Assembly: GCA_964362305.1 (NCBI GenBank)
Contig: CAYIDY010000004.1
Coordinates: 1 to 44,195 of the forward strand
Reading direction: 5' to 3'
Source of the DNA: an uncultured Candidatus Saccharibacteria bacterium
GTDB taxonomy: Bacteria; Patescibacteriota; Minisyncoccia; Phycocordibacterales; UBA2100
Length of the DNA stretch: 44,195 nucleotides
The position numbers and the translations under genes are program-made. Of the stretch, positions 17,348-25,509 are shown piece by piece (position 1 is the first letter of the stretch; every line of letters starts with the position of its first letter). Below the pieces are notes generated by a model. It saw only the letters and a program-made list of their open reading frames with translations. It did not search any database and was not told where the DNA came from.

Positions 17348-18393
17348 CCGACAAATTAATGAATGTGCGTGTAATAAAAAAGATGCCGACGGCCGACGAC
17401 ATAATTGCGGCGACGCCGATTTCGGATAAAGACCTTGCACGCGTTGCCAAAGACCGACAAGAAATTTCTGACATTCTTGCAGGTCGTGACGACAGGCTTC
17501 TCTGTATTGTGGGGCCGTGCTCGGCGTGGCCCTCGCCCGCGGTTTTGAAATACGCGGAACGTCTCAAAAAAGTTTCTGACAAAATAAAGAAGAAGGTAAA
17601 GGTTGTGATGCGCATTTACATTCAAAAGCCGCGCACGATTCGCGGCTGGCTTGGGCCGGTGAATCAGCCAAATCCGTATCAATCTCCCGACATTGCGCTC
17701 GGCGCACAGTATTGTCGCGACATGATGGTGAAATGCATCGAAATGGGACTCCCCGTTGCGGACGAAGCCCTCTTTACCCACAACGCGCGCGGATTCGCAG
17801 AACTGTTGTCATGGATTGCAATCGGTGCGCGAAGTGTTGAAGACCAAGAACATCGCATTTTTGCTTCCGGCATGCACTGCCCGGTCGGCATGAAGAACGG
17901 GACGTCGGGTTCTATTGAAGTTGCCGTGAATGGCATCGTCGCGGCGCAGCACAAACATCACGCGGTTTTTGACGGGCATCAAGTGGAAACTCTCGGTAAT
18001 CAATACGCACACTTGGTTTTGCGCGGCGGCGCGCAGGGACCCAATTATGGACCGGAACACGTTCACGAAGCGGCGCTGTTGTTCCAAAAACACAAAGTAA
18101 AGAATCCGGCGATTATCATCGACGTAAGTCACGACAACTGCAAAGTGAATGGCTCAAAAGCGACACTGAGACAGGTGGAAGTGATGCGTGAATCTTTGGC
18201 GCTGCGTGGTGTCAGTAACGAATACCGAACGCTCGTGAAGGGATTTATGATTGAAAGCTTTATCAAGGACGGAGCGCAGAAACTTGAAAGCCAGGACGAA
18301 AAAACCATCGACCGCGGGGGCCTTTCAATTACTGACCCATGCGTCGGCTGGGACGCGACCGAGGCGGCGCTTAAGGAGATGGCGTCGGCGTAA
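17344..18393 (+). CDS. aroG: 3-deoxy-7-phosphoheptulonate (DAHP) synthase, class I (AroF/G/H type; isozyme specificity unknown)
   Basis: ATGA overlap with aroE. Motifs: RLLCIVGPCS, IQKPRTIRGW, and a DVSHDNC-type metal site. Length is 349 aa. Confidence 0.88.
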   Translation: MTDKLMNVRVIKKMPTADDIIAATPISDKDLARVAKDRQEISDILAGRDDRLLCIVGPCSAWPSPAVLKYAERLKKVSDKIKKKVKVVMRIYIQKPRTIRGWLGPVNQPNPYQSPDIALGAQYCRDMMVKCIEMGLPVADEALFTHNARGFAELLSWIAIGARSVEDQEHRIFASGMHCPVGMKNGTSGSIEVAVNGIVAAQHKHHAVFDGHQVETLGNQYAHLVLRGGAQGPNYGPEHVHEAALLFQKHKVKNPAIIIDVSHDNCKVNGSKATLRQVEVMRESLALRGVSNEYRTLVKGFMIESFIKDGAQKLESQDEKTIDRGGLSITDPCVGWDATEAALKEMASA

Positions 18394-18425
18394 TATGATT
18401 ACTAACTCTCGCTCGAGCGCATGTA

Positions 18426-18500
18426 TTTTTGCCGTCGCTGTCTGCCGCTACTGCGGCAGCGCTGCCTCTCGGCCCGTCGGCCTGCGAGACACGGCAAAAA
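18426..18500. other. Structured intergenic element between the DAHP synthase gene and aroB
   Basis: TTTTTGCCGT (18426-18435) pairs with ACGGCAAAAA (18491-18500). This stem encloses the inner hairpins CTGCCG/CGGCAG (18442-18447 with 18454-18459) and GGCC/GGCC (18471-18474 with 18479-18482). Confidence 0.6.
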
Positions 18501-18531
18501 CACATACGCTCTCGCTTTCGTTCCAATCTTT

Positions 18532-19638
18532 ATGAAGACTAAAAAAATTCTAGTAGAGGTAGGGAAGTCGTATCCGATGTATATCGGCACGAATCTTGAA
18601 AAGGAATTAGTGCATGCGGTTCTTGCCGAGAAAGCGACGCGCGTTGCCATCATCACCGATTCAACGGTCGGCAAACAGCATGGCACGCGCGTGTTAAAAA
18701 TTTTCAAGGATGCGGAAATGGCAGTAGAAATTTTTACGTTCAAGGCGGGGGAGTCAAATAAAAATCAAAAGACGGTGACTTCCCTTCAGCACGAACTTTT
18801 GAAGCGCGGCTACGGTCGCGACACGCTTATTGTCGCACTCGGCGGTGGTGTAGTTGGTGATGTTGCGGGGTTTGTTGCGGCGACGTACCTGCGGGGTGTG
18901 CCATATATTCACGTGCCGACGTCGCTGCTTGCGATGGTGGACAGTTCTGTCGGCGGCAAAGTGGGAATTGATACTGCGTACGGAAAAAATACGATTGGGG
19001 CGTTCTGGCAGCCGCAGGCGGTGATTATGGATTTCCAGTTTCTTAAGACGTTGCCGCTGCACGAATTCGTGAATGGCTATTTTGAGGCGATAAAAACGTT
19101 CATAACGTCCGACGCGCGTATGTTTGCGCGCGCAAAAACACTGCACATTGAATCGCCTCTCGCTGATATGGAATTGGTCGCCGATATCATTCATCGGTCC
19201 GTTGAGATTAAGGCGGAGATAGTCGCCCGCGACGAGCGCGAACAGAATGAGCGTCGTGTCGTGAATTTTGGGCACACCATCGGCCACGCGATTGAGCTTC
19301 TTTCGAAATTCAAAATTCCGCACGGATTTTCAGTTGGCTACGGCATGCTTGTCGAAACGGAAATCGCACGCTCTCTCAAGATTCTTTCCCAAAAAGATGC
19401 CGATGCGATTCGCGAATATCTCGCAACGCTTGGCATAACAGCACGGCCACTATCTAAATTCCCCGTAAAAAAAATTCTCGAGATGACCCGCGCCGACAAA
19501 AAGTCCAAGGGTGGCATGCCGCACTATGTACTCGTGAACGGAATTGGGTCGGTGTATACCCACAAAGGCCAGTTTGCGCACGCCGTATCGGACGCCGTTG
19601 TCACCACCGCACTCCTTGAACTTGTAAGAGTCCATTAA
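18532..19638 (+). CDS. aroB: 3-dehydroquinate synthase
   Basis: Start trimmed to ATG 18532. Motifs: ALGGGVVGDVAGFVAATYLRG, PTSLLAMVDSSVGGK, and the NFGHTIGHA metal site. Confidence 0.9.
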   Translation: MKTKKILVEVGKSYPMYIGTNLEKELVHAVLAEKATRVAIITDSTVGKQHGTRVLKIFKDAEMAVEIFTFKAGESNKNQKTVTSLQHELLKRGYGRDTLIVALGGGVVGDVAGFVAATYLRGVPYIHVPTSLLAMVDSSVGGKVGIDTAYGKNTIGAFWQPQAVIMDFQFLKTLPLHEFVNGYFEAIKTFITSDARMFARAKTLHIESPLADMELVADIIHRSVEIKAEIVARDEREQNERRVVNFGHTIGHAIELLSKFKIPHGFSVGYGMLVETEIARSLKILSQKDADAIREYLATLGITARPLSKFPVKKILEMTRADKKSKGGMPHYVLVNGIGSVYTHKGQFAHAVSDAVVTTALLELVRVH

Positions 19639-19780
19639 ATAACCCGGGTACCCACGGCGAAAAGCGGATTTTTCGAGGCACGAAACGAGACGGAGGCCGA
19701 AGCGTGCCCTGAGGCACGTTGAGGTCGAGGCGAAGATTTGTGACCGAAAAATCCGCTTTGCAGCCAGGGTGGGGTTATTT
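19638..19780 (+). other. ~140-nt highly structured intergenic element (candidate cis-regulatory RNA or REP-like palindrome)
   Basis: Outer helix: AAATAACCC (19638-19646) pairs with GGGTTATTT (19772-19780). A perfect 15-bp helix joins 19662-19676 and 19745-19759. In the core, CGTGCC (19703-19708) can pair with either of two GGCACG copies (19678-19683 or 19713-19718). Confidence 0.6.
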
Positions 19781-19824
19781 GATGGGCTCTAAGAAAAACT
19801 AGGGTATAATCAGCGCACTCTCTT

Positions 19825-20694
19825 ATGACGCTGACCGATAAGCAGCAACAAGACCTTTCGCGACGTGCATATCAGGTCCGCCGGACCATCATAGAAATGC
19901 TCGCCGAATCCAGTGTAAAGACTAAAAGTGGCCACACCGCCGGTCCCATGGGCATGGCGGACATTTTTACCGCACTCTACTTTCATGTGATGAAGCACGA
20001 CCCAAAAAAATGGGATTGGGACGAGCGCGACCGCCTCTTTCTTTCAAATGGGCACATTACGCCGGTGCGCTACGCCGTAATGGCACATGCCGGCTATTTT
20101 CCTATTGAAGAATGCCTCACTCTGCGCCAGTTCGGCTCGCGGCTTCAAGGACACCCCGAGCGGGACATGTTGCCGTGTGTTGAATCTACTTCCGGGCCTT
20201 TGGGAAGCGGGCTTTCGCAAGCGGCCGGATACGCGTATGCCGGTAGGATGGATGGCAAGAAGTTCCGAGTCTTTTGTGCGACGTCTGATGGCGAACATCA
20301 GGAAGGAAATACATGGGAAGGCGTGATGTTTGCGGGCAAATATCGTCTCAACCATCTTGTGCAAATAATGGACCGCAACAATATTCAGATTGAAGGTGAC
20401 ACCGAAGATGTGATGCCACTCGAACCACTTGCCGACAAGTACCGTGCATTCAATTGGCACGTCATCGAAATCGATGGCCACAATATCAGGGCGTTTGTTG
20501 ATGCGTGTGACGAAGCCGCTGCGATACAAGAAAAGCCGACACTCATTCTCGCGAATACGATTCCCGGAAAAGGTGTGAAAGAAATGGAGAATGATTACAA
20601 ATGGCATGGCAAACCGCCGACGAAAGACGAGGCGGCCAAATTCTTAGCCGAACTTGACGCAACATTTGCAGAAACCGAAAAGTCATATGCTTAA
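19825..20694 (+). CDS. tkt: Transketolase, N-terminal (TPP pyrophosphate-binding) subunit
   Basis: 289 aa with SGHTAGPMGMADIFTALYFH, SNGH and GSGLSQAAG motifs. A perfect TATAAT lies at 19805-19810. Confidence 0.9.
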   Translation: MTLTDKQQQDLSRRAYQVRRTIIEMLAESSVKTKSGHTAGPMGMADIFTALYFHVMKHDPKKWDWDERDRLFLSNGHITPVRYAVMAHAGYFPIEECLTLRQFGSRLQGHPERDMLPCVESTSGPLGSGLSQAAGYAYAGRMDGKKFRVFCATSDGEHQEGNTWEGVMFAGKYRLNHLVQIMDRNNIQIEGDTEDVMPLEPLADKYRAFNWHVIEIDGHNIRAFVDACDEAAAIQEKPTLILANTIPGKGVKEMENDYKWHGKPPTKDEAAKFLAELDATFAETEKSYA

Positions 20695-21679
20695 TCCAGA
20701 AATGAAATTGCGGGAAGATTTGTGGGACGGCAAAGAGCTTGCGCCCACGCGCCAGGGTTTTGGCGAAGGCCTCGTTGAGGCGGGAGAAAAAGACGAGCGT
20801 GTCGTGGCGCTTTCTGCCGATTTAACCGAGTCAACAAAAATGGACCTTTTCGAGAAAAAGTTTCCCTCTCGATTCGTACAAATAGGTGTAGCTGAACAAA
20901 ATCTTGTGACCGTTGCGAGCGGCATGGCGGCATATGGAAAAATTCCGTTTGTCACTTCCTACGCTGCATTTTCTCCCGGGAGAAATTGGGAACAGATACG
21001 AACGACGATTGCGCTCAATGACGTGCCAGTGAAGGTGGTCGGCTCTCATGCAGGGCTTCTCACGGGGCCCGACGGCGCGACGCACCAAATGCTCGAAGAC
21101 ATCGCCCTCATGCGCGTTCTGCCGAATATGACCGTGTTTTCTCCCTGCGATGCTGAAGAGGCACGAAAAGTGACGCTTGCCGCAGCCGTTTCCGGTAAGC
21201 CTGCGTACATCCGTGTAGAGCGAGAAAAAATGCCGCGCATGACGACGAAAGACACGCCATTTGCGATTGGAAAGGCGAATGTGATGTGGCAGACTGATAC
21301 GCCGGTCGTCGCGATTTTTGCGACAGGCTCACTCCTCCACAACGCACTGAAAGCGGCGCGTGATTTGGAAAAAGAAGGGATTCAGGTGACCGTCACCAAC
21401 ATTCACACGATAAAACCAATTGACGACGAATCAATTGTGCGTGAAGCACGTCGCGCTCAGGCTGTTGTTACCGTCGAGGAGCACCAAGTACAAGGTGGGC
21501 TTGGAAGCGCTGTTGCAGAAGTATTGGGACGAGAAGCGCCGACACCGATGGAATTCATTGGCGTCCAGAATAGGTTTGGTCAATCTGGAACCGCGACGGA
21601 ACTAATAGAGTACTATGGACTTGGCGTCTCGCACATTATTGGCGCCGTTAGAAAAGTTTTAACCAGAAAAGGGAAGTAA
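20687..21679 (+). CDS. tkt: Transketolase, C-terminal (pyrimidine-binding and C-terminal domains) subunit
   Basis: Start trimmed to ATG 20687, overlapping the upstream TAA (ATGCTTAA). Motifs: TRQGFGEGL, FVQIGVAEQN and GPDGATHQMLEDIA. Confidence 0.9.
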   Translation: MLNPEMKLREDLWDGKELAPTRQGFGEGLVEAGEKDERVVALSADLTESTKMDLFEKKFPSRFVQIGVAEQNLVTVASGMAAYGKIPFVTSYAAFSPGRNWEQIRTTIALNDVPVKVVGSHAGLLTGPDGATHQMLEDIALMRVLPNMTVFSPCDAEEARKVTLAAAVSGKPAYIRVEREKMPRMTTKDTPFAIGKANVMWQTDTPVVAIFATGSLLHNALKAARDLEKEGIQVTVTNIHTIKPIDDESIVREARRAQAVVTVEEHQVQGGLGSAVAEVLGREAPTPMEFIGVQNRFGQSGTATELIEYYGLGVSHIIGAVRKVLTRKGK

Positions 21680-21680
21680 T

Positions 21681-21845
21681 ATGGGAAAAAGTAACCCCCT
21701 CACGCAGGAAGTTAATTTTATAATCTCAGTCATTTTTCTTGGCTCCGCAGCGCTTCTTGCAATCGTGGTAATTTTGGAGGCGTCAGAAATGGAGAACCCT
21801 ATCGCCACACACATGGCGGCAATCATCGTTCAGCAGGAACTCTAA
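21681..21845 (+). CDS. Candidate 54-aa single-pass membrane protein (below the ORF-track cutoff)
   Basis: Manual translation: MGKSNPLTQEVNFIISVIFLGSAALLAIVVILEASEMENPIATHMAAIIVQQEL*. The ATG lies 1 nt after the tkt stop, and an SD-like AAGGGAAG lies 4 nt upstream. Confidence 0.35.
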   Translation: MGKSNPLTQEVNFIISVIFLGSAALLAIVVILEASEMENPIATHMAAIIVQQEL

Positions 21846-21914
21846 ACGTATTTTATTCGTTGCGCTTAAGAGCAATATACAGACGGGTCCGAATTGGTTC
21901 AATGGCAACAGCCG

Positions 21915-22589
21915 TCACCGAGACGACTCGCTCACAATCACCGCGCGCAGCAGTGCGCTTCGGTAGAAATCCGGATTGAGTGTAAGTTTCCCGCCGTTTT
22001 CACGAAGACTTTCTGAGTGAAATACGCGAGTTCCTATTCCCGATAGGAGGTCTTGAGGGAACACTAACCGTTTTGCGGAAAAGGGGAGAAGATCAGTATC
22101 GACGTGGTGATATGCGCCACACACCAGCTTAGTGCAAAACCACTCTTCACGACTCGATGTATTAAAGTCATAATCAAAGGGAAGTCCAAGCTTATTGCGC
22201 ATCCATGCAACGGCCCTCGCCTTGCAGTCTTCTGACGTATTAATTCGTATCACAATGAGGGTGTCATACACGTCGAAAAGTTCTCGATACGCGATGCGCT
22301 CGACACCCTCCCCATGAGCATGAATACATTCGCCATTTCCCACATAGAGGAGTGAGTGAGTCACAATCCCCCGCATATAAAAAGCTACTAATTTGTGGTG
22401 ATTTCCAACCAGAACGATATCGCCCGCCCGGATGATAGTGACGGAATCTTTGTAATCCTTCTCGGTTAAAAATGGGGGCCGTCGCCAGAAACGAAAAGAA
22501 CCAATATTGAAGAGAGCGGTTGCTTTTATTCTTTTGAAGATTGTCGGATGCTTTCCCAAGTTACGAATCACGTGGTGCGTGTACGTCAT
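21915..22589 (-). CDS. Permuted papain-like (NlpC/P60 superfamily, YiiX/C92-like) hydrolase
   Basis: Start trimmed to ATG 22589 to avoid overlap with the upstream gene. The order His (THSLLYVG) ... GEGVERI ... PFDYDF ... Cys (WFCTKLV) matches the circularly permuted YiiX layout. Confidence 0.55.
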   Translation of the reverse strand: MTYTHHVIRNLGKHPTIFKRIKATALFNIGSFRFWRRPPFLTEKDYKDSVTIIRAGDIVLVGNHHKLVAFYMRGIVTHSLLYVGNGECIHAHGEGVERIAYRELFDVYDTLIVIRINTSEDCKARAVAWMRNKLGLPFDYDFNTSSREEWFCTKLVCGAYHHVDTDLLPFSAKRLVFPQDLLSGIGTRVFHSESLRENGGKLTLNPDFYRSALLRAVIVSESSR

Positions 22590-22614
22590 GCTCTGAAGTG
22601 TCCCCACGAAAAAA

Positions 22615-23610
22615 TCAGAGCGATTGCAACTGGAAGTCCGAAGGACGCTTTGCGTACCATGCTTCAATCGTATCTTTCGACATGAGGCCGCGTTGTGCGC
22701 CGATTTCTTGGACTACGTTTGCAGAATTAATCATTCCGCGGAGCATTGCTTCTTGCGGAGACATGCCTTGAATCATATAGGCAACTGTCGTTGAAGCCGC
22801 TGCGTCCCCGGCGCCCGTTCTTTCAAGCGGCGGCTTTGGGTCGGGGTACATTGGTGCGTGCCACGCACCTTCGTCGGTCATGATGGAAGAGCCTTCGCGG
22901 CCGTCAGTAATCACAGCAACTTTCACGCCCATAGCACGAATCCCCTGCAGCAATTCTTTTTTATCTGAACTTGTTGAGCCCAAAATCATTTGTGCCTCTT
23001 CTTTGTTGCAGAAAAAGACTTCGGTGCGCGGATAAATAAGGTCCAAGATGTCTTTGTCCATCTTCATTTGGAACGTGCCCGGCTGGAAGGCAAGTTTTAC
23101 ATTCGGGTGCGCGGCGAGGTATGCACCGATTTCGCGGTGATACTGTTTCGCGACGTCACCCTCGCTCATCGAAGAAAGATACAGCCATTTTGGTTCTTCA
23201 ATATCCGCGGGGAACGAATAGGGAAAGTGTTCGTGTTTGATGAGAATGGTGCGCTCTGCTTCGTACCAAAGCACGTAGTGGTAGTTTGTTTTGTTCGTCG
23301 GGTCTTTTACGACGAGCGAGGTATCAACGCCTTCTTTTTTGAGTGCGGTTAGACAATCTTCACCGTTCTGGTCGGTGCCAATGTAAGCGCGAAGGCTCGC
23401 TTTCAGCCCCAAACGTGCAGCAGAAACCGCAGCATTTGCGGAATTGCCGACAGCAGGCAAGACCTCGACAAAATCGTAAGGAATTTTGCTCGCGTATTTT
23501 ACGCACAGCTCGCAAGCCTCATTATTGATATTGCAGTGAACCGCAGCGTCTTTGAGCCTAATAAACGCATCTATCGTTGTGTCGCCTATGGCGAGAAAAT
23601 CGTGTTGCAT
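22615..23610 (-). CDS. PfkB-family carbohydrate/nucleoside kinase
   Basis: Motifs: N-terminal FLAIGDTTID, GNSANAAV, and the C-terminal signature ERTGAGDAAASTTV. Start trimmed from TTG 23634 to ATG 23610. Confidence 0.85.
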   Translation of the reverse strand: MQHDFLAIGDTTIDAFIRLKDAAVHCNINNEACELCVKYASKIPYDFVEVLPAVGNSANAAVSAARLGLKASLRAYIGTDQNGEDCLTALKKEGVDTSLVVKDPTNKTNYHYVLWYEAERTILIKHEHFPYSFPADIEEPKWLYLSSMSEGDVAKQYHREIGAYLAAHPNVKLAFQPGTFQMKMDKDILDLIYPRTEVFFCNKEEAQMILGSTSSDKKELLQGIRAMGVKVAVITDGREGSSIMTDEGAWHAPMYPDPKPPLERTGAGDAAASTTVAYMIQGMSPQEAMLRGMINSANVVQEIGAQRGLMSKDTIEAWYAKRPSDFQLQSL

Positions 23611-23626
23611 GGGAAATAGTATAACA

Positions 23627-24817
23627 CTACTCAAAACGGGACAGGCGGGGCTTTTTCATCTCGGTATTATACGCGAGCGTGAACAGGGCTTCTAAGGCTT
23701 TAAGATTGACTGCTACCTGTAAATGCTCCCCTTCTTTTTTGCGAATAAGCTTATGCCAAAGACTCACGATTTCCAACATAAGCATCCTCGTGTCATATTC
23801 CTTACGAGCTCCGAATGTATTCGGAAACATGGACGTGTCGCGAAGTTTAGAATTGTCGCCAAGTTTTTCACGAGTTGAGCCATAATCTTCTGGGCCTGTC
23901 ACCGAGTCAAGATCAATAAAGGTGCCATCAGCAAGCACGTTGTGGTCGCTCAAATATTTATGTGTGCAACCGAGCTTATGCATTATTGCAGCATTCGTTG
24001 CTGCTTGCTTTGCAAACCAGTAGCAATAATCACGCGCAGTTCGTAGCTTGCACCCGAACCTCTCGTTGAGGCGGGTCAGAACGGGCGCCAATTCGCCGCT
24101 TAGCAGTGAATCCAAGCGCACCTCAGAAAAGATTCGTAGAGCTGCAACGGGCTCATCGTGCAGCTTGTTGCGAGCATCATTCCGCAAACCGCGAAGTCTG
24201 CTCACTTTTGCTAATGTAACATTCTGGCCAACCTGACCGACTGGTAGTTCTTTATACTCCAACATGGCAACCACTCGATGCCCGCCAACTCCCGCGTGTG
24301 CAAATCGTTCAGAAAAATCGAGATCATTTTCTGCCAACGAGCGAGAAAGAATTCCTAATGGGTCGCGATTTCCATTTCTATGCCACTGAAGCCCTGTTCC
24401 ACCATAATGTTTTCGATGAATACTTTGCCCCACACCTTTCACATCCATGTAGATGTATCTATTCTCTCCGTCGGTTACTTGGCATGTGCCGAGGTATGCG
24501 GAGCGGTTGTGCCTGTTTCGTGTAGCAAAGCGCAGACTGTTAGAGTCTTCAGTGTGCTGTGATCTGACAAGGAATGGAAATGTTCCTACTCTGCCTTTTT
24601 TTGGCACTAAGTCGCGCAGCGTCTCCGGGAGCAGCTTTTCGTTTAGGTAGATACCTTTTACGGGGAGCTCGACCGCGTTGAGGCGCGATAGTTTCTCTTG
24701 AATGGGGTCGGCAGATAGAGCGCTGGAATTTTCTCTCGGCTTGCTTGAAATTTCTGGTCGAACAGACTTTGCTCGCCCTATGTCCTCTTTTGACATGAAG
24801 CTCATTATAGCCGGCAT
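23627..24817 (-). CDS. Uncharacterised protein-kinase-like fold protein, possibly a distant SelO/YdiU-like enzyme
   Basis: 396 aa. Motifs: YIYMDVKGVG (Lys-Gly-x-Gly), a catalytic-loop-like HKYLSDHNVL, and a metal-binding-like FIDLDS. An SD-like GGGAAG lies 7 nt upstream of ATG 24817. Confidence 0.55.
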   Translation of the reverse strand: MPAIMSFMSKEDIGRAKSVRPEISSKPRENSSALSADPIQEKLSRLNAVELPVKGIYLNEKLLPETLRDLVPKKGRVGTFPFLVRSQHTEDSNSLRFATRNRHNRSAYLGTCQVTDGENRYIYMDVKGVGQSIHRKHYGGTGLQWHRNGNRDPLGILSRSLAENDLDFSERFAHAGVGGHRVVAMLEYKELPVGQVGQNVTLAKVSRLRGLRNDARNKLHDEPVAALRIFSEVRLDSLLSGELAPVLTRLNERFGCKLRTARDYCYWFAKQAATNAAIMHKLGCTHKYLSDHNVLADGTFIDLDSVTGPEDYGSTREKLGDNSKLRDTSMFPNTFGARKEYDTRMLMLEIVSLWHKLIRKKEGEHLQVAVNLKALEALFTLAYNTEMKKPRLSRFE

Positions 24818-24820
24818 TTT

Positions 24821-24849
24821 TTGACTTCCCGCCGTTAATTAGGTATTGT
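24821..24849 (+). promoter_or_regulatory. sigma70-like promoter TTGACT-N17-TATTGT for rplY
   Basis: The -35 box is at 24821-24826 and the -10 box at 24844-24849. ATG 24857 follows 7 nt after the -10. Confidence 0.45.
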
Positions 24850-24856
24850 GCTCGGC

Positions 24857-25483
24857 ATGTTGTCACTTGCAGTCACAGCTCGAGACTCGAATGAGTCCCT
24901 TGAGGCGCTTCGCGCCAAGGGCGCTGTTCCTGCTGTTTTGTACGGCCCAAAAGAGGGTTCGATGCCGATTTCCTTTGACGCACGTACGTTCCAGAAAGTC
25001 TGGCGCGAAGCAGGGGAAACAACCATCGTTAAATTGACGGGCGTGGGCGAAGATAAAGACACCCTCATCCACGACGTGCAATTCCACCCGGTTACGGACG
25101 CCGCTATCCACGCGGACTTCCTCGTTCTCGAAAAAGGAAAGAAACTTACCCTCAACATTCCTCTCGAATTCGTAGGGACTTCACCAGCTGAAAAAGCGGG
25201 CCACATTTTGGTTAAAGCGCTCCACGAGGTTGAAATCGAAGTTGCGCCGGCTGAACTGCCGAAGCACTTGGAGGTTGACGTTACAACGCTTGTAAACGTC
25301 GGCGACCACATCGTTGCAAGCCAGATTAAGCTCCCTGCATCCGGCGTTTTGAAGACGAACGCAGACGAAATCGTTGCCTCGGTCACCGCCTTTGTTGAAG
25401 AAAAAGTTGAAGCTCCGGCTCCTGCCGTAGAAGGCGCTGCTCCTGCAGCGGCTCCAGCCACTGAAGAAAAGAAAGAGGCCTAA
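24857..25483 (+). CDS. rplY: Ribosomal protein bL25 (Ctc form)
   Basis: Motifs: LRAKGAVPAVLYGPKEG, DVQFHPVTDAAIHADF, and an Ala/Glu/Lys-rich tail. Start moved from GTG 24848 to ATG 24857. Confidence 0.85.
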   Translation: MLSLAVTARDSNESLEALRAKGAVPAVLYGPKEGSMPISFDARTFQKVWREAGETTIVKLTGVGEDKDTLIHDVQFHPVTDAAIHADFLVLEKGKKLTLNIPLEFVGTSPAEKAGHILVKALHEVEIEVAPAELPKHLEVDVTTLVNVGDHIVASQIKLPASGVLKTNADEIVASVTAFVEEKVEAPAPAVEGAAPAAAPATEEKKEA

Positions 25484-25509
25484 AGCCCGTCTGATATACT
25501 GTGAGGACT

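Noticed and set aside
18396-18536. 47-codon Cys-containing ORF (MITNSRSSACIFAVAVCRYCGS...) in the DAHP synthase-aroB spacer
   Set aside because: It coincides with the nested hairpins at 18426-18500, whose GC-rich stems explain the open frame. It has no RBS or -10 context.
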